Assembly: GCA_010909165.1 (NCBI GenBank)
Contig: MU008195.1
Location: forward strand, 310,001 to 374,000
Length of the DNA stretch: 64,000 bases
Direction: 5' to 3'
Source of the DNA: Anthoceros angustus
Lineage: Eukaryota > Plantae > Anthocerotophyta
Positions 48,896 through 62,472 of the stretch are shown here, piece after piece. The position numbers were made by a program, and so were the translations under genes. The notes beneath the pieces are model-generated. The model had not been told where the DNA came from, did not search any database, and was given only the letters and a program-made list of their open reading frames with translations. Positions within the stretch are counted from its first letter, which is position 1. Every line of letters starts with the position of its first letter.

Positions 48896-50065
48896 CGCAA
48901 CGGAACCTGGCCCCAACCAGAAGATGTACAACGGACAATGACAGTCTTGTTTCGTCCCTCCAATAGGTTAGGTCATCCCATCACTGTCGAAGGGCATCCG
49001 CACCAACTCCACCCCATCTCCTTGTCGCCTGCGAATGCGAGACATGCCATTACCCGTTCCTTTCCTTCCTTTCATTCCCTTCCCGTCCCGGTCTGCGGGC
49101 CCTATCTCCGCCTTGTCCTTCATCCGCCAGCTCGAAAGAGCTCTTCCTCCCGGTAGCAACAACAGCAACACATTCCCCGCGGGATCCCACATTTGCTAGC
49201 CGGCATCTGCACTCCGCAGACCGCCGGGAAGCCGGGATCCGTCACTGTGATAAGATGCGCATTGGCAAGCGAATGTGGAGGGCCGGGTACGAGGCCGCAT
49301 CCCATCCGGTTGCTGCCACATCTGAGGCATCCCGCAAACGACGACACACGACGTCACCTTGCTTCTGCCGACCCGCTACTTCCGCACTGGCAGGCCGGAA
49401 GATCCGAGGAAGGAGAAGCCCGTCTCTCTCTTCCACTCAGTCAAGCCACGCAAATGCAGTGGCAGCTCCATTCCGGCCGGATCTTTACTGGCCCGGTCCT
49501 GTGGACTGTAGCCAGCGGTCAATGAGGCCGCCGGCTTCACACGCCTGGCGCCAGGCAGTTGGGTCCTCCTCCCCATTTGCATGCCGTTCGCCCCCACGGA
49601 AGCCTGGAAGCTGCGTGCTTTGAGCTTTTGTGAGATAGCTCCTTGTTGTTGTGTGTGTTTGTGGACGTTTGAATCCCTCCTTGTGATCTACATCATCCTT
49701 TGTTTCTTGTGATCTGCATCATCCTCTGCTTCATTCGTCTCCTTGCGTCCGATTGCGCTGCTGCTGCTGCCGTAGGACGAAGCTGCCTCAATTGTTGTGC
49801 TGTTGCTACTGCAAAAGGAGGCATACGCATCCGTCTGTGTTGTTGCTGCAGAAGAATAAGCTGCATCTGCATCCCACTGGGGTTGCTGCTGCTGCAGAAG
49901 GAGGAATCTGCATCCGATTGTTTTGCTGCTGGTGCGGAAAGAAGGAATCTGCATCCGATTGCGCTGCTGCTGGTGCTGAAGAAGCTGCATCCAAACCTGG
50001 AGCCTGTGAAGCGATTTGGAGTTGGAATTGCATGGGGTGCCTTGATTAAGGAAGAAGGCTGGATC

Positions 50066-52917
50066 ATGGGCGGAGACGCCGGCCATGGATGTTCCTCCTC
50101 TCGATCTTCATCCTCATCCTGGCGGGAGGGGCGGAGGGGACGACGAATGCAACCGACCTCACGGCCCTGCTGGCCGTGAAAGCCGCGCTGGTGGATCCAA
50201 CCGGGAGCCTAGTCAACTGGCAGGGGGACGATCCTTGCGGCGCCGGGGCGTGGGCGGGGGTAATCTGCGAGCAAAATGCGCAGGGAGTGGGAACGGTGAT
50301 TGAGCTACGTCTCTTCCGCATGGGGCTGCAGGGCGTGCTGGCTCCGGAGGTCGGGAATCTGCAGAACCTGGTGACACTGGATGTGATGTGGAACAGCATC
50401 TCGGGAGCTTGCCACCTCCATCGGCAACCTCCCGCTCCTCCAGCTCCTGCTACTGAGCGGCAACAACATGACAGGCCTGCTCCTGAACTGGGCCGGCTCG
50501 CGACCTCCAGGTGAACAAATTCACCGGCCAGATCCCGACCACCTTCACCAACTTGCTCGCCATCCAGCACTTCCACCTCAACAACAACTCCCTCTCCGGC
50601 ACCATCCCGTCAGGCATCGGCTCTCTCCCGAACGCGATGCACCTCCTGGTGGACAACAATCAGCTCACGGGGAGCATCCCCCCCGACCTCGCCAACAGCT
50701 CCACCCTCGAAATTCTCCAGCTGGACAACAACCCCCTGCCCGGGCAGCCCATCCCGAGCTCCTTCGGCGAACCCGGGAAGTTCCCGGCCCTCCTCAAGCT
50801 CAGCATGCGGGGGTGCCATCTCCAGGGCAACATCCCCCCCGGGCTCCGCAACATCCCCTCCCTCAAGTTCCTGGATCTGAGCCAGAACTCCCTTTCCGGC
50901 ACCATCCCGGTGCTCTCCCTCCCCAACCTCACCTCCATCTACCTTTCTTCCAACAACCTCTCCCAGGACATAGGCGGGCTAACCCTAGGCCCGCTCCCAT
51001 CCCTCCAGGCCCTCTTCCTCTCCAACAACAACCTGAGCGGGTACGCGGACATCCCGTCCCTGCTGGCGCTCTCCTCAACCGGCACCGGCGCCTTCCCCGT
51101 CTCAACCCTGGACCTGCAGAACAACCACATCTCCGACTTCAAGGCCGGGGAGAACGTCACGCTCTGGCTGAGCGGGAACCCTAGGTGTTCGGGCGACAGC
51201 GCCAATTTCGAAGACTGCAGGTGCAGTCGAGAGCAGCTTCCCCAGCCAGTCCTGGACTCCGACGGCAACAACAGGACGTTGTCAGACGCGGGCGGGTGCA
51301 GCGCTCCTTTGCCCCGGCCAGTTCCAGTACTCCTGGGACGGCCAGGCCTGCAGCTGCAGGCTCCCCGTCACGCTCCGCCTCCGGCTCAAGAGCCCCAGCT
51401 TCTCCGTGTTCGCGCCCTACATCACCACGTACTATGCCTACATCGCGGGAGCCGTGAGCACAGTGAGCAACGCGACGGTGTCTCTCATCCCGAGCAGGTT
51501 CACGTCCGGAACTACACATGGCAGGCGGGGAAGGATGCTGCTGGATCTGCAGCTCTTCCCGACCCGGATGACAGGTTCCAGCAGACGCAGGCGGACGTGG
51601 TCTTCACGCTCTTCTCCAACTGGAAGCTTCCGGAGGAGCCGCACTTCGGGCCGTACGAGTTCATGCTGTGGATCCCGGGGTGTATGGCTCCGTGAGCGAG
51701 ATCGCCGGGGGATGGGGACAGGGAGGGATCGGGGTGGGGTTGTGGCGGGCGCGGTGGCGGCGGCTGTGGCTGCCACGGTCGTCCTGGCGTTCGGGGTTGG
51801 GGTTTGGGTGGTGAGGAGGAAGGGAAAGGGGAAGAGGAAGGCAACGACCATCAGGCGCGGACCGCTGGGCGGCGACGGCAGCAGCGTGCAGATCACGGGG
51901 GTGAAGGAGTTCACCTTCGGGGAGCTGAGCGAAGCGACTGATGGATTCAGCGAGGAGCGGAGCATCGGGCGGGGAGGGTACGGGAGAGTATACTATGGGG
52001 AGCTGGCGGAGGAAGGGATGGTGGCCATCAAGCGCGCACAGGAGGGGAGTTTGCAGGGAAGCCACGAGTTCTACACCGAGATTGCGCTGCTGTCGCGGGT
52101 GCATCACCGGAACCTGGTGAGGCTGGTGGGGTATTGCCATGACCAGGAGGAGCAGATGCTGGTGTACGAGTACATGGAGGGGGGGACGCTGCGGGATAAT
52201 CTGTCCGGGAGGGGGGAGCAGCCGGGGCTGGATCTCCAGGCTCGCCTGCGCATCGCCATGGGGAGCGCGAGGGGGATAGCTTACCTTCACAACGAGGCCA
52301 ACCCGCCGATCTTCCACCGGGACATCAAGGCCACCAACATCCTGCTGGACCACAAGCGGAATGCCAAGGTGGCGGATTTCGGGCTCTCCAAGCTGGCGCC
52401 CGCGCCGGACCAGGAGGGATCTGGGCCGGGGCATGTCTCCACCGTCGTGAAGGGGACGCCTGGACCCCGAGTACTTCCTCACCCACAAGCTCACGGACAA
52501 GAGCGATGTTTACAGCTTCGGGGTCGTGCCCTGGAGCTCATCACCGGGCTGCACCCCATCTCCCACGGGAAGAACATCGTGCGCGAAGTGAACACGGCCT
52601 TCGAATCCGGCACCGTGCTGGACATTGTGGATCCTCGCATGGGCCCTTACCTACCTGAGCTCATTCACCCGCTGGTGAGCCTCGCCGTGAGCTGCTGCCA
52701 GGACAACCCCGATAAGCGGCCCGGCATCGTCGAGGTGGTGCGGGACCTGGATGACATTTGGCACACCATGCCCTGGGGCGTCTCCACCGATACTGAGGGT
52801 TCAGCGCGTGTGCACTCCAAGGGGCCTCCGCGAGCCCGCTTTCAGGATGATAACTCCGACATCTCCATTGCCGGCGGGATCACCAGCGGCACAGTTATCG
52901 ACGTCATTCCCCGATAG
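50066..52917 (+). CDS. Chimeric LRR-VIII-1 RLK (RLK-B ectodomain + RLK-A juxtamembrane/TM/kinase), frameshifted in this assembly
   Basis: 5' part matches 62473-63814 and 3' part matches 39000-40500. Kinase motifs [21 protein letters not shown] and DFG are present. Confidence 0.8.
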
Positions 52918-54263
52918 TACCAGAAGTGCATGAGCCAAACACGGCATCATAATCTTGTATTTCCACCAGTCTTCCATGACTGAGATAAGCCTGGCAATGC
53001 TAAAGCGTTGCTGCAATTTGTGATGCCACAAGTTGCGAACACAAGACGCTGAAGAGTGAAATGCTGAAGTGATTCAACTGTTAAGCCCTCTCACAAACCG
53101 CAAAATCATGAGGTTTCTGGTGTCAGCTAGAGCGAAAGACTATGCTTCTGTGTTCATCATGGCGGCCAAGCCAACCTCCGATGAACTATGCTTTTGCATC
53201 ATCCACCAGCCGCTTAGACTAGCAGTCAGAAAGGAAAAGAAAAGTTACTCACATGTCAGGCGACGATATCGTAGAGGCCTCTCGGATGTATGAAGCCTAA
53301 AAACTTCATACGCCAGAACACAAGTTACCAGCAGCAATAGATACCATGAATGACGCTGGCACCTGCAACCGAGTCTGAATGCAGACCTTCTGCGCTGGAA
53401 AAGCATGTTGCGTTCCGTCATTCATCATCTGCCACCAACACAAACAGTGACGACTCAACTGTTACCTACATCTATATGTGCCAAACCGGTTACCTTCACC
53501 CATTTACAGAGAATTAAGGTGAAGATCTGGCAGCCCGTACAACACACCACAAATTGCCAAACAGCACCCACCAAGACCTACTCCAAAAATGTGTTGACCT
53601 TTAATTGCTGGCTACATTGCGCAATTCTGTGATAAAACACCATTCAGCACTGAGGGAACAAAAGGAGCTTGATGCCACTCCCATCCCTAACAAATTGTCA
53701 CTGCACCATGTTAGACACCTTCCGTCAGCAACTGATATCACTCAAGTAGCCTCAGCTGCACGACAGGCAGCGACAGCTCCTTCACTTAGAAGATTGTGTC
53801 ATTCTCTTTAATAGCTCGCATACGTTGTGCCTCAACATTAGCTGCCACCTTCGTACGTGATAGACAACTACCAACACAGAGATGCTAATCCCTAAAGGTT
53901 GGCGAGACAACTGAGATCTTGGTCGTCAATCATCTGCGTATGACCAAGCAATCAACAAAACCACCACAAACATACACACAACCGACCCTGAAGGACCCTC
54001 GCACTCTGAAGAACATCAACCCATCCAGACCTCACCACCATGAAACTGCCAGGCGACAGGCAGAGGGCCTGCAAAGAAGAAGAAGAAGAATTATCAGAAG
54101 TAAGCTACAGATCAGATCTTGGCTCTGGGAAATCCTACGCAACATACTTTATACAATTTTGACCCAGATTTAGCCAATTCCGTTGTAGTGTAGAGTGGAT
54201 GGGGTCCGTGGGAAAACTCTAGACAAAATAGTTGATAGAATTTTAAATCCAGCCATAATCAAA

Positions 54264-54334
54264 TCCGTTGTAGTCTAGACGGTTAGATACTCGGCTCTCA
54301 CCGAGCGACCCGGGTTCGAGTCCCGGCAACGGAA
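54264..54334 (+). tRNA. tRNA-Glu(CTC), duplicate copy with two 1-nt deletions (probably sequencing errors)
   Basis: Same as 41852..41924 except ttagatac and ctcaccgag. Confidence 0.8.
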
Positions 54335-54692
54335 GGTTTACACTCTTGCTCCGGATGGGAGTTTCTGAGGTTCAGATGTTTTTTCACTTTTCAGTCCGTA
54401 GAGTCCGTCGGTGGAGACTTTGGTTTTCAGAGCCTCTTCGACCACTTTTTCACTCTTCATTCCGCAGAGTGCAAGATTTCAGGCCAAACTCAGCACAGTC
54501 CAGATGGTTCACAGGAATCGCGTCGCAAACCGCACAATCCAAACATTCTTCGAAAGCTCTGGTGTTTTGCAATTCGACTGTGTTAGTCCTCTCTATGGAA
54601 GATGTTGGAAGTAAAATACACTTTGGTCCGCTGGCAGCACAAGTACCTGTCCCGCAATTTCCCACATTGGTGGAGCAGGTTTCAGCAGCTGG

Positions 54693-55028
54693 TTAGCGAG
54701 GAACGACGTCGACAACGGTGCCGCTGAGGAGCACGTCGGTGTGGTTGAAGTTGTCGGAGTTCTAATCTTGACTGCGGTGGCGAGGCGGCTTAGCCTGCAG
54801 ACCTGCTGAAGCCTCGATATCTGTGGACACATCCCAGGGCATTGTGCGCCATATATCCAAGTCGCGGACCTCCTCAAGAATCGAGGGCCGCTTGTCGGGG
54901 TCATCCTGGCAGCAGCTGATGGCCAGGCTCACCAGCGGCTGGAACACCTCAGACGAGAATGCTCCCATCTGGGGATCCACTACATGCAGCACAGTGTCGG
55001 AGTCATATGCCGTCTTCACCTCGCGCAC
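54693..55028 (-). pseudogene. Inverted RLK 3' fragment, duplicate
   Basis: ORF 54762..55028 translation plus the VVPR* tail. Confidence 0.8.
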
Positions 55029-56727
55029 CTTCAGTGCTTATTTACAAAAACACCCCCCATCGGGTATATTCCCCAATCGAAAATTCCAGTCCACCCCTAA
55101 TCTAGTTTGAGTGTAAAAGCCTATCACAGCCACAGGAATTGGAGCCTCCTTTCCTCCGTGATGGCTTTTCGCCAGCGGGTTTTCATAGCTCTGCACAAAG
55201 TGCTATTATAGTTCTGCAGAAAGCGCTACTATAGCTCTCGAGCGCTGGCTAACGCTATTTATGGGATGACTATGTGGATTAGCGACTTCTTCGGCACCGT
55301 GATAGGTAGGCCCTTCATCATCCCTGATCACAATATTATTAATAGGTAGTTAGGAAAAGGCATCTGAGGACTAGGACTTCTCTTTACTATTAGTCCTTTT
55401 GGGTTGTTCCTCCTCGGACTTCAGGGTAGATGGGATTCCTCATCTCGCCTATTAATAACGTCACTCTTCTCTCCTTTAGAGGTCCCATTCAGGGAGGTGT
55501 CCGATTATATTTTCCTATTTAAAACTAATAATAATATTATAAACTTTAAAATCAAAAATACCCAAAAAGAAAAATTTAAATTTTGATTGATAGGTTTCAC
55601 TAAAAATAATTTTTACCACTTCTCTATATAGTTGTTTGAAAGCTAGCACTCTCTAAGCAACATCAAAAACCTCTACCTATCATAAAGGAAAAGCCTAGCT
55701 TAAGAGTCTTCAATCACACCTAAAAGTCTATTATGCTTTGAAATAATCGATTCTTTTTCTTTTCTTTTTAATATTTTTAGTAAAAGAATTAGAAATCCCA
55801 TTTAGGAGGTGAAACTAACATGAATATATGTTTCAAAAGGTCCCAATTACCATTTAGGAAAAGTCCCATTTATTACATTGTAAACTAAAGGGAGTAGGAT
55901 GGGAGGTCCCATTTAGAGAGGAATCCAATTTATAGAGTTCCGAATTAGAGGGGGCCGACTGTATGGTGTTTTGAATTAAAGCCCGTCCTGCTACTTCTAC
56001 ATCGTACATATATGGTTGCAGTGTCGTGCTTTCCAAATTTACATACTTTCCACCCACATAGAGCCCGCAAAGTGAAATCATAGATCTCGTGCCCATGTGC
56101 CGAACGAGGGTTGGAATTCGCCTTACACATGGCCACAATAGCCAACCTCTCGGATCCTCGTCGACCTTGTCTGTATATGCAGCTCCTTGCTCACTTTGCG
56201 TTCCTTGACTTTGTACCATGAGTTACCCTATAGGAGCAATCGCCTAGGGTGAAAACTATATAACACTAGTTAAACACTAACCGCGACTAGCTTGTAGTGT
56301 TGTTCCATGATATCCTTTCTTTCAATCCTAATTAAGAGTTGGTGTACATGCCCGTCCGAGATGTGACCACGATTCCGTCAAGCAAAGGTGGTGGAAGAAG
56401 GTGTCACGATTGGACACAGTGAGATGGACGACAATTAAAACACGCCTCCACCCTCTCCACCGGACTAAGAAGCAGCGACACTGATGATGGTCTCAAGCTG
56501 TGCTCAAATGGTTCAAGATGCAACAATCAAAGTCTGCATGCAAGTAGGGACTATACATGCAAGCTCGGCAACTAAAAAGGTGCCATTGTTAAGAGATAAC
56601 TCTTGATATTAGAAAGTTTTTGAAATAAACTATAAATAAAGATAGAATAGAACTCAACTACAATAATATTTATAACCATAGTTTCAAATATATTTCTCAA
56701 TAAAATACCTATTCAATGTATAAAGAG

Positions 56728-57439
56728 CTAATGAGGTGATAATTGTATAAAATTATAATGAGAGTTGCCATTGTATGTACACCGATGGTAATGTGATTTT
56801 TCCTTTTAAATTCAATGGGTTCATATTTCGCAAGAAACATGACCCTCCTTGACATTTGACATAAACGAGATTGATGTTTTTAAGACTTGCGCTAACATCA
56901 AGAGCTCTAATTCGCCACCCACCGTGACCATACTCATCCTCTTAATATAATTGTCTATGTCGCCTCTACTAAATCTTTGTAGGTATCTCGATGGCTTTCT
57001 AATTCACCATAGCCCTTTGAAAACATCCGCCACGCCTTGACTAGCGTTATCTAACTTCCCATAAAAGTATGCCCCACGCCTCAACAAACATTTTCCATCC
57101 CCTTCAACATGAATGATCTTGTATTCATTTGGTTGCAATATTTTCCTATCAATGGGTGATGTGAAACCTCTCAAACAACCTTCGATTTGGTCAGACCGCT
57201 CATGTGGGATCTTTGCAAGTGTGAAGCTCTTGAAACAACCTTCGACTTCTAAACTAGTATTCGCCGCACTGCTCACATGGGATTCTTGCGGATGTGCATC
57301 TCTTTGAAACAACCTGACTTTGCCGAACCAATATTTGGTCTGTGTGTGATCTTTGCTTTTTTACGCTCTAATATAGACAAATCTTTCTTTGAATCAAAAT
57401 CTAAGGAGAGAGTTTTCTCTTGGCGCTTGATTGAACCAT
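56728..57439 (-). CDS. OTU-like ORF, duplicate copy (frameshifted)
   Basis: ORF 57004..57312 contains EYKIIHVEGDGKCLLR. It is colinear with 44323..45037. Confidence 0.6.
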
Positions 57440-60400
57440 CTTTAAAAATATCATATACTGTATATACAACACAACGAACATATATAGCCTTCAACATGGG
57501 GCTTACGACCTTGGTCTTTGAATATTGTAAATATATTGATTAAAAGGGGCTTAAGACCTTGGTCTTCGAACTTTGTAAAAAACTTAAAATAAAAGAATGG
57601 GCCATGCATATGCATTCTACACAAAACGGGTTGCTTCTCCCTATACACTTGTACTATATGTAGCTTTGTGTGCCAAGAACACTACGCGAGTTGCTAATAA
57701 AGGGCTGGGATTACGTTAAACTAGTCCGGGTTTGGTTAATCAATGAACTTGCTAACGATTGCAAATACTGTCACGGGGAAATAAAAATGCGAGTGAGATT
57801 GAAAAGCTTCGCTCAAGAGGGACTCTGAATTGTGCTTGGTGCAATTCTATATTCGAAGCAATTGGGCAACACACTGGCGAGTTTTCGTTGTACAACCACT
57901 GGGCACAACAAACACAAGTTGGTTGATAATACCAGCTTGAATTAAAGCCAGTCTTGCTATTTCTACATCCTATGGTTGTAGTGTTAGTGCTTTCCAGCTC
58001 ACAGAGCCCCCAGAGTGGAAGCACAGATCTCTGTACCCATGTGCTGAACGAGGATCGGACGTGGCCACAGCCACGTCCTGTCTTGCACGTGGCCACAATA
58101 GCCAACCTGTCCGGGTCCTTGCTGACCAGCTTGTCCAGAAGGCGCAGCTCCAGCTCCTTGTTTAGCTTGCAGTTCCTTGACTTTGCACCACGAGTTACCC
58201 TATAGGAGCAATCGGCATGCTGCAGGAATGGTGGCTTTGATGAATGCTAGCGTCAATGAATGCTAGCACCATCAAAGCACGGAATGCTGGCTTCATCGAA
58301 GCAGGAACAGAAGAAGAAGAATAACATCTTAGACTAAGCAACGAACATGAAGGACCATCTCAAAGCCCAGGACCTTGAGCACACCGTTCGGACATCCAGC
58401 ACAAAGATCCGTGCAATCACGAGGCCAATTTCTCGAAAGTGGAAATCGTGCAGTCGCAAGTTTCTCCGCAACCGATGTGGGGATTTCTGTGCACAGGCCA
58501 CCATTTCTGTACACAGGCTACATTGCTGCAATTTGTGATGCCAGATGCCAAGTTGCGAACACAAGACGCTGAACAGTGAAACGCTGGAGTGATTCAACTG
58601 TTACACCGCAAAATCATGACGATTCTGGTGTTTAGAGCGAAAGACTATGCTTCTGTGTTCATCATGGCGGCCAAGCCAACTCCGATGAACTATGCTTTTG
58701 CATCATCCACCAGCGCCTTAGACTAGCAGTCAGAAGGGAAAAGAAACAGTTACTCACTCATGTCAGGCGACGAGGCCTCTCGGAGGTATGAACCCTATAA
58801 AGCTTCATAGGCCAGAACACAAGTTACCAGCAGCAGTGGATATCATGCATGACGCTGGCACCTGTAACCGAGTCTGAATGCAGGCCTTCTGCGCTGGAAA
58901 AAGCATGTTGCAGTCCGTTATTCATCATCTGCCACCATACCTTAACAGTGACGACTCAACCGTTACCTGCATCTATATGCGCCAAATCGGTTACCTTCAC
59001 TCATTTGCAGAGAGCTAAGGTGAAGATTTGGCAGCCCCATACAACACACCACAAATTGCCAAACAGCACCCAGCAAGACCTACTCCAAAAAGTGTTGACC
59101 TCTAATCGCTGGCTACATTGCGCAATTCGGTGACAATACACCATTCGGCACTGGGGAACAAAGGGGCTTGATGCCGCTTCTACCCTAACAAGTTGTGAGG
59201 GCCCTATGTTAGACACCTCCGTCAGCAACTCGAGTAGCCTCAGCTGCACCACAGGCAGCGACAGCTCCTTCACTTAGAATATTATGTCTTTCTCTTCATA
59301 GCTCGCACACGTTGTGTCTCAACATCAGCTGCCACCTCAGTACTTGGGATCCGCCACCACATAGTGATAGACAACTACCAACACAAAGATGCTAAAAGCT
59401 TGGCGAGAAAACCTAGATCTCGGTCGTCAATCATCTGCGAATGACCAAGCAATCAACAAAATCACCACAAACATTCACACAACCTACCCCAAAGGGCCCT
59501 CGCACTCTAAACAACATACAAACCATCCAGACCTGACCACCATGGAACCGCCAGACCACAGGCAGAGGGCCTGCAAAACAACATCAAAGAAGCGGTACAG
59601 ATCGGATCATACCCTTGCCGACAGAACGATTGCCCTCTGAAGACTGTCAGATGCTCCAAGAGAAACACCTGGAAGACGTGATTCCCCAAGACAACCGAAC
59701 GAAACCCTACTACTACCGCAACGGATGTGGGGATTGCTGTACACAGGCCACCATTTCCTAGACTCCCTGTTGTGAAAGGCAGAGCTGGAGGTGTAGCTCC
59801 CATTTTCGACACTCAGCAACAGAAGGTGAAGACTGCCCAGATCTGCACCTCGTCGCCAACAACAGTGGCGAGGGGATGCCACTGCAACCGAGCAGGAGCT
59901 AGAGGAGAAAGCATTGAAGCACCATTTTGACAGACAACACTGGACGAAGGCCCTTTCAACAGTTGCGACAAACTAGCTAACAGTCCCTCCTGTCCGGCCC
60001 TGCAGATCTTGGCAAATCCTGCTGGCCAGGCGTCACCCACTGTACGAGTTGCAACCTGGGCGCGACCAAAGTTGAATAATCGGGCTCCAGGACGTGCACC
60101 GTCGTTGCCCACAGGCTGCCAAAAGCGAGTCTGCTTCAACGAGAGTCGGCCGCCGAGATTGATTGAAAGACCTTGAGCATAAGCGTGTTACCGCGTACCT
60201 GCTACATTCTGTAATTCCCTTTGACCCCAGGAATGACGCGACAGGATGTTAGAGATCAAGCGTCATGCCACAGACCTGACCAGAAATGGAGCACTCAGGA
60301 AGTGCTGGCAGCGATGGCACATAGTATTGTCAAGAGCCAACACCGAGAAAGCAATTGAAAACCTCAATCGACATAGACGACGTAGCCCAGCCTGACATGG

Positions 60401-60639
60401 AGAGAGAGACACAAGGTTGGTGCTGCAGCCATCGCCGACAAGAGAAGAACAGGGTGGTGTGCGGAGGTATGTTGGCTGGACGTGGGAGACACTTGGCTGA
60501 CACATGGTATTCCAAGGCTTGCAAACGAGTCTGAGATTTGTAGACAAGCAACACATCATGCTACAAGGCAAGTAGCTTTGCTTTCACATTTCCCATGGTG
60601 TGCCCCAGCTTTGTCCAGGTGAGGATTGGGGTTCCTGTT

Positions 60640-61313
60640 CTAGGACTGCAGCCATACACGATCCTGAAGCCTCTGGGCACCCCGCCATAGAACTCATCCA
60701 CCTTGGCTCCGTCCCGGTAGAAACGGAACGTTGGAGTGTACATCCTGTGTGGTGGCCTCGCATTTGTTTGTCGGCATACACAAAACGGAGGATGGATACT
60801 CGTTGCTCAGGTTGCAGAAAGTGGGAAGCATTTGCTTACACGCGTGGCACCTGAGGCAGAAGCAATCCGTGTGCCAGGGCTGAGCATACCAGACCAGCAG
60901 AGCATGCAACTCAGAACAGAAATGCATCCAAAGCATTCAACTCGGGAAAAGCACACGGATCAACTCCACCCACGGCTTACCAGGACGCTCCGTAATTCAC
61001 TACAGCCTGCACAAACGCGACGAAATCCAATCAAATCAAACGAGTTCCACATCACCAGCTCACTAACCGACGGTTGCAGGAGCAAGAGAGGGAAAAAGAC
61101 TCACACGCCGCTTGCAAGCCTTGGCATTGGACAGGATCTCGGTGAGCTGCTCGTCCGTTGTTGCAGTGACGAGATTGCCATGGAATTCACGGGCAGGGCA
61201 AACCCTGCCGCCTCTTCCAACACCTTCTGAGGCACCGGCGCACACGCCATCTTCCCTCCTCCTGGTGCTGTTGTTGCTAACCCTAGACCAGGATTCCCTT
61301 CCTTGCTTTCCAT
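60640..61313 (-). CDS. Thioredoxin-like 3-3, duplicate copy (indels, probably errors)
   Basis: Near-identical to 48214..48895, with WCHAC retained. Confidence 0.75.
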
Positions 61314-62472
61314 CGCAACGGAACCTGGCCCCAACCAGAAGATGTACAACGGACAATGACAGTCTTGTTTCGTCCCTCCAATAGGTTAGGTCATCCCATC
61401 ACTGTCGAAGGGCATCCGCACCAACTCCACCCCATCTCCTTGTCGCCTGCGAATGCGAGACATGCCATTACCCGTTCCTTTCCTTCCTTTCATTCCCTTC
61501 CCCGTCCCGGTCTGCGGGCCCTATCTCCGCCTTGTCCTTCATCCGCCAGCTCGAAAGAGCTCTTCCTCCCGGTAGCAACAACAGCAACACATTCCCTGCG
61601 GGATCCCATTTGCTAGCCGGCATCTGCACTCCGCAGACCGCCGGAAGCCGGATCCGTCACTGTGATAAGATGCGCATTGGCAAGCGAATGTGGAGGGGGG
61701 TACGAGGCCGCATCCCATCCGGTTGCTGCCACATCTGAGGCATCCCTGCAAACGACGACACACGACGTCACCTTGCTTCTGCCGACCCGCTACTTCCGCA
61801 CTGGCAGGCCGGAAGATCCGAGGAAGGAGAAGCCCGTCTCTCTCTTCCACTCAGTCAAGCCACGCAAATGCAGTGGCAGCTCCATTCCGGCCGGATCTTT
61901 ACTGGCCCGGTCCTGTGGACTGTAGCCAGCGGTCAATGAGGCCGCCGGCTTCACACGCCTGGCGCCAGGCAGTTGGGTCCTCCTCCCCATTTGCATGCCG
62001 TTCGCCCCCACGGAAGCCTGGAAGCTGCGTGCTTTGAGCTTTTGTGAGATAGCTCCTTGTTGTGTGTGTTTGTGGACGTTTGAATCCTCCTTGTGATCTA
62101 CATCATCCTTTGTTTCTTGTGATCTGCATCATCCTCTGCTTCATTCGTCTCCTTGCGTCCGATTGCGCTGCTGCTGCCGTTGCAGGACGAAGCTGCCTCA
62201 ATTGTTGTGCTGTTACTGCAAAAGGAGCATACGCATCCGTCTGTGTTGTTGCTGCAGAAGAATAAGCTGCATCTGCATCCCACTGGGGTTGCTGCTGCTG
62301 CAGAAGGAGGAATCTGCATCCGATTGTTTTGCTGCTGGTGCGGAAAGAAGGAATCTGCATCCGATTGCGCTGCTGGTGCTGGACGAAGAAGCTGCATCCA
62401 AACCTGGAGCCTGTGAAGCGATTTGGAGTTGGAATTGCATGGGGTGCCTTGATTAAGGAAGAAGGCTGGATC

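Noticed and set aside
49688-50179. Gln/Cys/Ala-rich ORFs upstream of the RLK
   Set aside because: They arise from (GCT)n-type repeats in the leader and are not frame-conserved in the duplicate.
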